Shown: positions 47,946 to 57,216 of the stretch, one piece after another
Numbering within the stretch: position 1 is the first letter of the stretch
Layout: each line of letters begins with the position of its first letter
NCBI GenBank assembly: GCA_963708135.1
Contig: OY970192.1
Location: forward strand, 1,408,001-1,472,000
From: an uncultured Gemmatimonadales bacterium
GTDB taxonomy: Bacteria; Gemmatimonadota; Gemmatimonadetes; Longimicrobiales; RSA9
Reading direction: 5' to 3'
DNA length: 64,000 nt
The notes under the pieces: generated by a model
Told to the model about the DNA's origin: nothing
The model's input: the letters and a program-made list of their open reading frames with translations, nothing else
Database searches by the model: none
Translations under genes and position numbers: made by a program

Positions 47946-49237
47946 TGGAGCACCAGGTGCAGGCCCTCTCCCAGACCGCCTACGTCATCATCTCGCTGGT
48001 CAAGGTGGTGGTGATCTTCGGGGTGGTGATGGTGATCGTGGCCTTCCTGACGCTGCTCGAGCGCTGGATCTCGGCCTGGATCCAGGACCGCCTCGGGCCG
48101 AACCGGGTGGGGCCGCGCGGGCTGTTCCAGCCGCTGGCCGACGGGCTCAAGAACATCCTGAAGGAGGAGACCTACCCGGCGCAAGCCTCGCGCGTCTTCT
48201 TCGTCCTGGCGCCGATGCTCTCGATCATCCCGGCGCTGATCACGTTCGGCGTGATCCCGTTCGCTTCGCCGCTGCCCACGCGCTGGGGGCTGGTCGACAT
48301 GATCGTGGCCAACGTGCCGATCGGGATCCTCTTCATCCTGGCGTTCACCGGGATGGGTGTCTACGGGATCGTGATGGCCGGCTGGTCCTCCAACAACAAG
48401 TACGCGTTCCTCGGCGGCCTGCGTGCGAGCGCGCAGATGGTCAGCTACGAGGTGGGGCTGGGGATGAGCCTCATCCCCGTCTTCATGCTCGCGGGCGACG
48501 TGACGCTGCCGCGGATCGTCTGGGAGCAGCAGCAGGGCCTGGGGCTGTGGTTCGCCCTCCCGCTGGGGCTGGCGTTCTTCTTCTTCATCGTCTCGGCGTT
48601 CGCGGAGACGAACCGGCTGCCGTTCGACCTGCCGGAGGCGGAATCGGAGCTGGTGACCGGCTACCACACCGAGTACTCGTCGATGAAGTTCAGCATGTTC
48701 TTCATCGCGGAGTACTCGAACATGCTGACGGCCTCGGCGCTCATGGCCACGCTCTTCCTGGGCGGCTGGGACATCCCGTTCTGGAGCGGCGACAACATGT
48801 TCGTGGCCGCCAACGGCGTGGTGCTGGGAGCGATGCCGGCGTGGTGGAAGACGATCCTGACATTCCTCGCGTTCGCCGTCAAGACGGGCTTCTTCATCTT
48901 CCTCTTCATGTGGGTGCGCTGGACGGTTCCGAGGTTCCGCTATGACCAGGTGATGCACCTCGGCTGGAAGGTGCTCCTGCCATCGGCGCTCGGCTTCATC
49001 GCCCTCATGGGCACCAGCATCCTGGTGCTGGACTCGATCGGGATTCCCTACGGGATCTGGTACGGTCTGATCCTGACCGGGGTCAACCTGGTGGCGTGCG
49101 GGTTGTTCTTCTGGGTGCTGGACCGCGACCGGGTGATCAGCGGCGCGGCAGCGCACGAGCGGCTGGAGACGCTGGACACGCGGGAGGCGGAGCCGGCGGT
49201 GGTGGTCGAGGAGCGTGACTACGAGCCGGTGGGCTGA
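47942..49237 (+). CDS. nuoH: NADH-quinone oxidoreductase subunit H
   Basis: Q.R.GPNRVG, AD..K...KE, ETNR.PFDLPEAESEL..G, PR.RYDQ. Confidence 0.98.
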   Translation: MMEHQVQALSQTAYVIISLVKVVVIFGVVMVIVAFLTLLERWISAWIQDRLGPNRVGPRGLFQPLADGLKNILKEETYPAQASRVFFVLAPMLSIIPALITFGVIPFASPLPTRWGLVDMIVANVPIGILFILAFTGMGVYGIVMAGWSSNNKYAFLGGLRASAQMVSYEVGLGMSLIPVFMLAGDVTLPRIVWEQQQGLGLWFALPLGLAFFFFIVSAFAETNRLPFDLPEAESELVTGYHTEYSSMKFSMFFIAEYSNMLTASALMATLFLGGWDIPFWSGDNMFVAANGVVLGAMPAWWKTILTFLAFAVKTGFFIFLFMWVRWTVPRFRYDQVMHLGWKVLLPSALGFIALMGTSILVLDSIGIPYGIWYGLILTGVNLVACGLFFWVLDRDRVISGAAAHERLETLDTREAEPAVVVEERDYEPVG

Positions 49238-49278
49238 GGCGGCGGAATCCGCGCGCGGGCTGAATCGAAGGAGATGGG

Positions 49279-49772
49279 ATGGCGATCGGGACAAAGCTAA
49301 TGAAACGGCCGGTGGGCACGACCTCCTACCTGCGCGCGACGCTGAAGGGGATGTCGCTCACGTTCCGCCATCTGGTGAACCCGCGGAAGGTCACGCTGCA
49401 GTATCCGGATGTGAAGCCGGAGCTGGCGCCCCGCTGGCGGGGCACGCACCGGATGGCGGTGCACGCCGACGGGCGGCCGAAGTGCGTGGCCTGCGGCCTG
49501 TGCCCGACGATTTGCCCGTCCAACTGCATCCGCCTGGTGCCGGGCGAGGACGACCAGGGCAACCGCTACCCGGTGGTCTACGAGATCGACGAGTTCCGCT
49601 GCATCTTCTGCGGCATGTGCCAGGAGGTCTGTCCCGTGGAGGCGATCCACGTGGGACAGGACTACGAGAACTCGGAGTACACGCGCGAGCGCTTCGTCTA
49701 CGACCTGGACCGGCTGATGGCGCAGGACCATCCGGTCACGATGCTGTGGGACCCGGAGGACCCGGCGGGCCA

Positions 49773-49776
<4 letters not shown>
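49279..49776 (+). CDS. nuoI: NADH-quinone oxidoreductase subunit I
   Basis: T.QYP, CVACGLCPTICP, CIFCGMCQEVCP. Confidence 0.97.
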
Positions 49777-50285
<509 letters not shown>

Positions 50286-50287
50286 GG

Positions 50288-50581
50288 GTGGTCACATTGT
50301 CGCTGGTGCTGGCCTCGATCCTGTTCGCGATCGGCGTGTTCGGCGTGCTGATCCGCCGCAACGCGATCATCCTCTTCATGTGCGTGGAGCTCATGCTGAA
50401 TGCGGCGAACCTCGCGTTCGTGGCGCTCTCGCGCGAGGTGGGGATCGAGGGGCAGGTGTTCGTCTTCTTCGTCATGACGGTGGCGGCGGCCGAGGCGGCC
50501 GTGGGGCTGGCCATCGTGATCTCGATCTTCCGGCACGCCGAGACGGTGGACATGAAGAACTTCAACCTGCTGCGGTGGTAG
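50288..50581 (+). CDS. nuoK: NADH-quinone oxidoreductase subunit K
   Basis: [19 protein letters not shown]. Confidence 0.97.
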   Translation: MVTLSLVLASILFAIGVFGVLIRRNAIILFMCVELMLNAANLAFVALSREVGIEGQVFVFFVMTVAAAEAAVGLAIVISIFRHAETVDMKNFNLLRW

Positions 50582-50582
50582 C

Positions 50583-52610
50583 GTGACCAGCTTCGAGCCG
50601 ACGCTCCTCTGGCTTGTCGTCCTGCTGCCGCTGGCCGGCTTCGTGGTGAACGGGCTCAGCGCGTACGTGGCGCCGGAGCGGAAGTGGATCCCGTCCTGGA
50701 TCGGGCCGGGCGTGGTGCTGGCCGCCTTCATCCTGGCGGTGGTGAACTTCTTCCGGATGCTCGGAGTGGAGGGGGCGGCGCCGGCGATCGTGCACGGGTT
50801 CATGTGGCTGCCGGTGGGCTCGCTCCAGCTGGACGCGTCGCTCCAGCTGGACCAGCTCTCGATGCTCATGACGCTGATCGTCACGGGCGTGGGCTTCCTG
50901 ATCCACGTCTACAGCGTCGGCTACATGAAGGCGGACCGCGGCTACGCCCGCTACTTCGCCTACATCAACCTGTTCATCTTCTTCATGCTGCTGCTGGTGC
51001 TCGGCTCCAGCTTCCCGGTCATGTTCGTGGGCTGGGAGGGCGTCGGGCTGTGCAGCTACCTGCTGATCGGCTTCTGGTTCACGGAGAAGGCCAACGCCGA
51101 CGCGGGCAAGAAGGCGTTCGTCGTGAACCGCATCGGCGACTTCGGCTTCCTCGTCGCCATGCTCATGATCTTCGCCAACACCGGCGCGCTCGATTTCGCG
51201 ACGGTGTTCGACGCCGCGCCCACCGCGTTCCACTACGCGGGCCCCGTGGTCACGTTCATCACGCTCTTCCTCTTCCTCGGTGCGACGGGGAAGAGCGCGC
51301 AGATCCCCCTCTACATCTGGCTGCCGGACGCGATGGCGGGCCCGACGCCGGTCAGCGCCCTGATCCACGCGGCCACGATGGTGACGGCCGGGGTCTACAT
51401 GGTGGCGCGCACGAGCGTGCTGTTCTCGCTGGCGCCGCTGTCGATGGTGGTGGTGGCCGGGATCGGCGCGCTGACGGCGCTTTTTGCCGCCACGATCGGG
51501 CTCGCCCAGTACGACATCAAGAAGGTGCTCGCCTACTCCACCGTCTCGCAGCTCGGCTACATGTTCATCGGCGTGGGCGTGGGCGCGTTCTCGGCCGGAA
51601 TCTTCCACCTCATGACGCACGCCTTCTTCAAGGCGCTCCTCTTCCTCGGCTCGGGCGCGGTCATCCACGCCATGCACGAGGCGCTGCACCACACGCACTC
51701 GAAGTGGGACGCGCAGGACATGCGCAACATGGGCGGGCTGCGGAAATACCTGCCCGTGACCTGGGTGACGATGTGGGTGGCGACGCTGGCGATCTCGGGC
51801 GTCTGGCCCTTTGCCGGTTTCTTCTCGAAGGACGAGATCATCTGGCAGGCTGGCGCTCGGGCGGTCGGGCCGTTCAAGGCCTGGTTCACGATCTTCTGGA
51901 TCATGGCGCTGGTGGCGGCGATCCTGACGGCGTTCTACATGACCCGGCTCATGATCGTGACGTTCCACGGGCGCACGCGGTTGGGCGAGGACGAGCGCCA
52001 CCACATCCACGAGGTGCCGTGGACGATGACCGTGCCGCTGGTGGTGCTGGCCGTGCTCTCGGTCGTGGGTGGCTGGATCAACGTGCCGGAGGGGATCGCG
52101 CGGCTGCCGATTTTGGGCTGGATCCCGCACACCGAGTGGATCCACGACTGGCTGAGCCCCGTGACGCGGGTGGCGGACAACATCTTCGCCGCACACGTGG
52201 GCACGGTGGCGGAGGCGGCGCCCTTCGGCGGTGGGGAGGCGATGTGGGGCGCGATCTCGTTCGCGATCGCGGTGGCCGTGATCGCCATCGGCGCGTCCGT
52301 GATCGTGCGCTGGGAGTACCGGCCGGCGCTGGAGTCGCTGGAACCGAAGGGGATCAAGCGGCTGCTCTACCGGAAGTGGTACATCGACGAGGTCTACGAT
52401 GCGCTGGTCGTGCGGCCGCTCGTCGCCACGTCCCGCTTCTTCTGGCGGGTCATCGACCAGGGGATCGTGGACGGCGCGGTGAACGGCGCCGGGCAGCTGG
52501 CCCGCGGCTTCGGCTGGATCGGCTCGCGCCTGGAGACGGGGCAGCTCAACACGTACGCGTTCGGGGTCGTGATCGGGGTGCTGATCCTGCTCGGCCTCGT
52601 GCTCCTCTGA
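50583..52610 (+). CDS. nuoL: NADH-quinone oxidoreductase subunit L
   Basis: GWEGVG..SY, GKSAQ.P...WLPDAM.GPTPVSALIHAATMV, HAFFKALLF. Confidence 0.98.
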   Translation: MTSFEPTLLWLVVLLPLAGFVVNGLSAYVAPERKWIPSWIGPGVVLAAFILAVVNFFRMLGVEGAAPAIVHGFMWLPVGSLQLDASLQLDQLSMLMTLIVTGVGFLIHVYSVGYMKADRGYARYFAYINLFIFFMLLLVLGSSFPVMFVGWEGVGLCSYLLIGFWFTEKANADAGKKAFVVNRIGDFGFLVAMLMIFANTGALDFATVFDAAPTAFHYAGPVVTFITLFLFLGATGKSAQIPLYIWLPDAMAGPTPVSALIHAATMVTAGVYMVARTSVLFSLAPLSMVVVAGIGALTALFAATIGLAQYDIKKVLAYSTVSQLGYMFIGVGVGAFSAGIFHLMTHAFFKALLFLGSGAVIHAMHEALHHTHSKWDAQDMRNMGGLRKYLPVTWVTMWVATLAISGVWPFAGFFSKDEIIWQAGARAVGPFKAWFTIFWIMALVAAILTAFYMTRLMIVTFHGRTRLGEDERHHIHEVPWTMTVPLVVLAVLSVVGGWINVPEGIARLPILGWIPHTEWIHDWLSPVTRVADNIFAAHVGTVAEAAPFGGGEAMWGAISFAIAVAVIAIGASVIVRWEYRPALESLEPKGIKRLLYRKWYIDEVYDALVVRPLVATSRFFWRVIDQGIVDGAVNGAGQLARGFGWIGSRLETGQLNTYAFGVVIGVLILLGLVLL

Positions 52611-52624
52611 GAAGGGGATAATCC

Positions 52625-54196
52625 GTGTTTCAAGCCATCGGCTACTCGGCCTGGGCGCTGCACTTCCTGATCTGGTTCCCGGTCGTCGGCCTGGTCCTGG
52701 TCTTCCTCGGCTCGGAGGAGGGGGCGAAGCAGACGGCGCTCTGGGCCGCGCTCGTCGAGTTCGTCGTGTCGATCCCGCTCTGGCCGCTCTTCAATCCGGC
52801 CACGGCGTCCTTCCAGTTCGCGAGCTCCACACCGTGGATCCCGCAGTGGGGGATCTCCTACAGCATCGGGATCGATGGGATCAGCCTGTTCCTCGTGCTG
52901 CTCACCACGTTCCTGACACCGCTCACGATCCTGGGCTCCTTCAAGTACATCCAGAAGAGGCAGCGGACGTTCTACGCGATGATGCTCCTGCTGGAGACGG
53001 GGGTGGTCGGCGTCTTCGTGGCGCTCGACCTGTTCCTGTTCTTCACGTTCTGGGAGCTCATGCTGGTGCCGATGTACTTCATCATCGGCGTCTGGGGCGG
53101 GGAGCGGCGCGTCTACGCGGCGGTCAAGTTCTTCCTCTACACGACGTTCGGATCCCTGCTCATGCTGGTGGGGATCCTCTATCTGTTCTTCAAGTACCGC
53201 GCGTTGACGGGCACGGCGTCCTTCGCCTACACGGACCTGCTACAGCTGCCGCTCACGTTTCCGGAGCAGTTCTGGCTGTTCGCGGCGTTCGCCGTCGCGT
53301 TCATGATCAAGGTGCCGGTGTTCCCGTTCCACACGTGGCTGCCGGACGCGCACGTGGAAGCGCCCACGCCCGGGTCGGTGATCCTGGCGGCGGTGCTGCT
53401 CAAGATGGGCGGCTACGGCTTCCTGCGCTTTCTCCTGCCGTTCTTCCCGCACGCGGCGACGAACCCGGTGGTCATCCTCGTGCTCATGATCCTGGGGCTC
53501 ATGGGCATCATCTACGCGGCCTGGGTGGCGGCGGTGCAACCGGACGCCAAGAAGCTGATCGCCTACACGTCCGTGGCGCACATGGGGTTCGTGGTGCTCG
53601 GGATCTTCGCCTTCACCGTCCAGGGGCTGCAGGGCGCGATGATCGTGATGCTCTCCCACGGCGCGACCACGGGGGCGATGTTCCTGCTCCTGGGGATGCT
53701 CTACGAGCGGCGACACACCCGGCTCATCGCCGAGTTCGGCGGCCTGGCGTCCGTCATGCCCGTCTTCGCGGGCGTGTTCGTGCTCACGGCGCTGGCCAGC
53801 ATCGGCCTGCCCGGGACGAGCGGCTTCGTCGGCGAGTTCCTGTCCCTGCTCGGCACGTTCCAGACGCACCCGTGGGCCGCGGTGATCGGCGCCGCCGGCG
53901 TCATCTTCGCCGCCTACTACATGCTGCCGATGGTGCAGAGGATCTGGTTCAACGCGCTGGACAACCCCGCGAACCGGACGCTGCCGGACCTGAGTCGGCG
54001 GGAGATGGTGGTGCTCGCGCCGCTCGTCGCCGTGATGATCTGGATCGGGGTATACCCGAAGCCGTTCCTGGAGCGGATGGAGGTCTCGGTGGTGGAGCTG
54101 CTCCAGACGGTGGAGCAGAAGCGCGTCCCGGCGTCGCCGCTCACGCGGGCGGACGGACCGGTGGCGTCCCCCGACGGTGCGGTTGCCGGGCGCTAG
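52625..54196 (+). CDS. nuoM: NADH-quinone oxidoreductase subunit M
   Basis: FWE..L.P, K.P.FP.HTWLPDAH.EAP, LLKMG.YG, GF.GEF. Confidence 0.98.
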   Translation: MFQAIGYSAWALHFLIWFPVVGLVLVFLGSEEGAKQTALWAALVEFVVSIPLWPLFNPATASFQFASSTPWIPQWGISYSIGIDGISLFLVLLTTFLTPLTILGSFKYIQKRQRTFYAMMLLLETGVVGVFVALDLFLFFTFWELMLVPMYFIIGVWGGERRVYAAVKFFLYTTFGSLLMLVGILYLFFKYRALTGTASFAYTDLLQLPLTFPEQFWLFAAFAVAFMIKVPVFPFHTWLPDAHVEAPTPGSVILAAVLLKMGGYGFLRFLLPFFPHAATNPVVILVLMILGLMGIIYAAWVAAVQPDAKKLIAYTSVAHMGFVVLGIFAFTVQGLQGAMIVMLSHGATTGAMFLLLGMLYERRHTRLIAEFGGLASVMPVFAGVFVLTALASIGLPGTSGFVGEFLSLLGTFQTHPWAAVIGAAGVIFAAYYMLPMVQRIWFNALDNPANRTLPDLSRREMVVLAPLVAVMIWIGVYPKPFLERMEVSVVELLQTVEQKRVPASPLTRADGPVASPDGAVAGR

Positions 54197-54220
54197 CGGC
54201 CCAAGGGCGAAACGGATCCG

Positions 54221-55732
54221 ATGCTCATCGATTACAGCTCGAAGCTCAGCTACTTCTGGGTGCTGCTGCCCGAGATCGTTCTCACGGCATGGGCGATGCT
54301 GGTGCTGCTGGTGGACGTCTTCCAGAAGGGGCACCGGAGCGAGCCGTCCACGCCCGCGATCGGGTGGATCGCGCTGCTCGGGATTCTGGTGGCGGGCGTG
54401 GCCAACGGCCTGCTGCTCGAGTTCCACGAGGCCACGCCGACGGGAGTGATGGCGCTGGACGCGTTCCGCGTCTTCTCGAACTACATCTTCCTGCTCGCCG
54501 GCGCGCTGTTCGTGCTGATCTCGACCCGCTACCTGGACCAGGAGCACATCCGGCTGGGCGAGCTGTATGTGCTCGTGCTGTTCGGGATCGTGGGGATGAT
54601 GGTGTTCGCGGGCAGCCGCGACCTGATGGTCATCTTCCTCGGCCTCGAGCTCATGTCGGTCCCGGTCTATGTGCTCACGGGCGCCAACCGGCGCGATGTC
54701 CGCTCGGCCGAGGGCGCGCTCAAGTACTTCCTGCTGGGAGCCTTCTCGAGCGCCTTCTTCCTGTTCGGCATCGCGCTCATCTACGGCGGTGCGAGGAGCA
54801 CGAACCTGGCGATGGTGGCCTCCGCGATCGGCGTGGACGGGCTCGGCGCGAACACCCTGATCCTGGTCGGCATGGCCTTCCTCGCCGTCGGATTCGGCTT
54901 CAAGGTGGCGGCGGTGCCGTTTCACATGTGGACGCCGGATGCGTACGAGGGCGCGCCAGCGCCGATCACCGGCTTCATGGCGGCGGGCGTGAAGGCGGCG
55001 GCGTTCGCGGCGTTCCTGCGCGTGTTCCTCACGGCGTTCCCCGGCCTCTACGACACGTGGGGCGCGATCCTGTTCTGGATGGCGATCGTCACCATGGTCG
55101 GCGCGAACCTGGTGGCGCTGGTGGAGGGCAACGTGAAGCGGATGCTCGCCTACTCGAGCATCGCGCACGCGGGCTATCTGCTGGTAGCGCTGGCAGCGGC
55201 GAGCGTCATCGGCGCCGCGTCGTTCCTCTTCTACCTCGTGGTCTACACCTTCATGACGGTGGGGGCGTTCGCGGTGGTGCTGGCGGTGGCCGGGCTGCAC
55301 GAGGAGCGGCTGAACGTGGAGGCCTACAGCGGCCTCGGCTGGCGGCAGCCGCTTCTCGGCGTCGTCATGACGATCTTCCTGCTCTCGCTCGCCGGCTTCC
55401 CCCTCACCGGCGGGTTCATCGGCAAGGTGTTCATCCTGCGGGCGGCGGTGGAGCGCGGGCTGGTCTCGCTCGCCGTGATCCTGGCCATGGCCTCGCTCGT
55501 CTCGTACTGGTACTACCTGCGGGTGGCGTGGTTCATGTGGTTCCGGGAGCCGCCCGAGGGCGCGCGGCCGCTGCCGGCGATCGGCGGCGGGTTGAAGTTC
55601 GCACTGGTCCTCGCGGCGCTCGCGGTGGTCGTGCTCGGCGTCTTCCCGGGTGTGATCCTGGGCGCGGCCGAGCGCAGCGCGAGCACGATCGTGCAGTCGC
55701 CCGGGGCGTTGCTGGGGCTGCTGCCGCGCTGA
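54221..55732 (+). CDS. nuoN: NADH-quinone oxidoreductase subunit N
   Basis: E...KYF, FK.AAVPFH.WTPD.Y.GAP, KRMLAYSSI.H, SLAG.P...GF.GK. Confidence 0.98.
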   Translation: MLIDYSSKLSYFWVLLPEIVLTAWAMLVLLVDVFQKGHRSEPSTPAIGWIALLGILVAGVANGLLLEFHEATPTGVMALDAFRVFSNYIFLLAGALFVLISTRYLDQEHIRLGELYVLVLFGIVGMMVFAGSRDLMVIFLGLELMSVPVYVLTGANRRDVRSAEGALKYFLLGAFSSAFFLFGIALIYGGARSTNLAMVASAIGVDGLGANTLILVGMAFLAVGFGFKVAAVPFHMWTPDAYEGAPAPITGFMAAGVKAAAFAAFLRVFLTAFPGLYDTWGAILFWMAIVTMVGANLVALVEGNVKRMLAYSSIAHAGYLLVALAAASVIGAASFLFYLVVYTFMTVGAFAVVLAVAGLHEERLNVEAYSGLGWRQPLLGVVMTIFLLSLAGFPLTGGFIGKVFILRAAVERGLVSLAVILAMASLVSYWYYLRVAWFMWFREPPEGARPLPAIGGGLKFALVLAALAVVVLGVFPGVILGAAERSASTIVQSPGALLGLLPR

Positions 55733-55841
55733 GCTCGAGGGGCCGGCGAGCCGGCGTGCGCGAGGTGGGCTCGGCCGGCGCGCGCGCCGGCCCGCCGCCG
55801 CCGCTCCGCCAATGATCGAAGCGCGAAGGAGAGAGACGGCA

Positions 55842-57215
55842 ATGGAGATCAATCCGCACATCTTCCGCGAATACGACATCCGCGGCGTGGTGAGCCGGGA
55901 CTTCGGGGGCGAGGTCCCGCGCCTCGTCGGGCAATCGTACGCGAGCGAGCTGCGGTCCCGGCGCGGGGGCGAGGAGAGGCTGAGGGTGGCGGTCGGGTGC
56001 GACAACCGGCCGAGCTCGCCGGATCTCAAGGCGCGCGTGATCGAGGGGATCCGCGCGGCGGGCGTCGGCGTCCTGGACGTAGGCACGGTGCCGACACCGG
56101 TCCTCTACTACGTGACGGAGCGCTACGAGACGGACGGCGGACTCCAGATCACGGGCTCGCACAACCCGCCGGAGTACAACGGCTTCAAGATGGTGATCGG
56201 CGGGCGGGCGCTGTACGGTGCCGCCATCCAGCGCCTGCGAGAGCGGATCGAGCGCGGCGAGCTGGAGACGGGGGTGGGCGCGCTGGAGACAAAGAACGTG
56301 CTGCCGATCTACCTGGACGACATCGCCGGCCGCTTCGACCTGTCACGGCCCGTCAAGGTGGTGGCCGACTGCGGCAACGGCACGGGGAGTCTGGTGGCCG
56401 TGAGCCTGCTGGAGCGCATCGGCGCGGAGGTGGTGCCGCTCTACTGCGAGTCCGACGGGACGTTCCCGAACCACCACCCCGATCCCGTCGTCGATGAGAA
56501 CCTGCGCGACCTGGTCGATCGGGTCCGCGCGGAGGGTGCGGAGCTCGGCGTCGCCTTCAATGGCGATGCCGACCGGATCGGGGCTGTGGACGACCGCGGG
56601 CAGATCATCCGGGGCGACATGCTGCTGCTGCTGTTCGGGCTGGACCTCCTCGAGCGGCGCGGGCCGGGGCAGAAGATGATCTTCGACGTGAAGTGCTCGC
56701 AGGCCCTGCCGGAGGTGTTCGGCGCGGCGGGGGGCGAGCCGATCCTGTGGAAGACGGGTCATTCGCTGATCAAGGAGAAGATGAAGGAGACGGGCGCGCC
56801 GCTCGGGGGGGAGCTGTCCGGCCACATCTGCTTCGCGGACGAGTACTTCGGCTTCGACGACGCCCTGTACGCCGCCTGCCGCCTGATCGAGCTCGTGGCC
56901 CGCTCGGCCGAGCCGCTGTCGGCGCGCATGGCCGCGTTCCCCTCCTACGTGTCCACACCGGAGATCCGCGTCGAGGTGCCGGAGGAGGAGAAGTTCGAGG
57001 TGGTGGCACGGGCGGTGGAGCACTTCCGCGCCGGGCACGAGGTCATCGACGTGGACGGGGCGAGGGTGCTATTCGACGGCGGCTGGGGGCTCCTGCGCGC
57101 CTCCAACACGCAGCCCGTCCTGGTGCTGCGCTTCGAGGCGAAGAGCGCGGAACGGCTCGCGCAGATCCGCGGCACGATGGAGGAGTGGCTGCGGGGGCAG
57201 GGAGTGCGGATCTGA
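55842..57215 (+). CDS. Phosphomannomutase/phosphoglucomutase (AlgC-like; metal loop reads NGDAD)
   Basis: IFREYDIRG, TGSHNP, FNGDADR, GELSGH, RASNT.P. Confidence 0.95.
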   Translation: MEINPHIFREYDIRGVVSRDFGGEVPRLVGQSYASELRSRRGGEERLRVAVGCDNRPSSPDLKARVIEGIRAAGVGVLDVGTVPTPVLYYVTERYETDGGLQITGSHNPPEYNGFKMVIGGRALYGAAIQRLRERIERGELETGVGALETKNVLPIYLDDIAGRFDLSRPVKVVADCGNGTGSLVAVSLLERIGAEVVPLYCESDGTFPNHHPDPVVDENLRDLVDRVRAEGAELGVAFNGDADRIGAVDDRGQIIRGDMLLLLFGLDLLERRGPGQKMIFDVKCSQALPEVFGAAGGEPILWKTGHSLIKEKMKETGAPLGGELSGHICFADEYFGFDDALYAACRLIELVARSAEPLSARMAAFPSYVSTPEIRVEVPEEEKFEVVARAVEHFRAGHEVIDVDGARVLFDGGWGLLRASNTQPVLVLRFEAKSAERLAQIRGTMEEWLRGQGVRI

Positions 57216-57216
57216 C

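Noticed and set aside
55733..55810. GC palindromes after nuoN (GCCGGCGCGCGCGCCGGC)
   Set aside because: No U-tract or other support; easily arises by chance at this GC content
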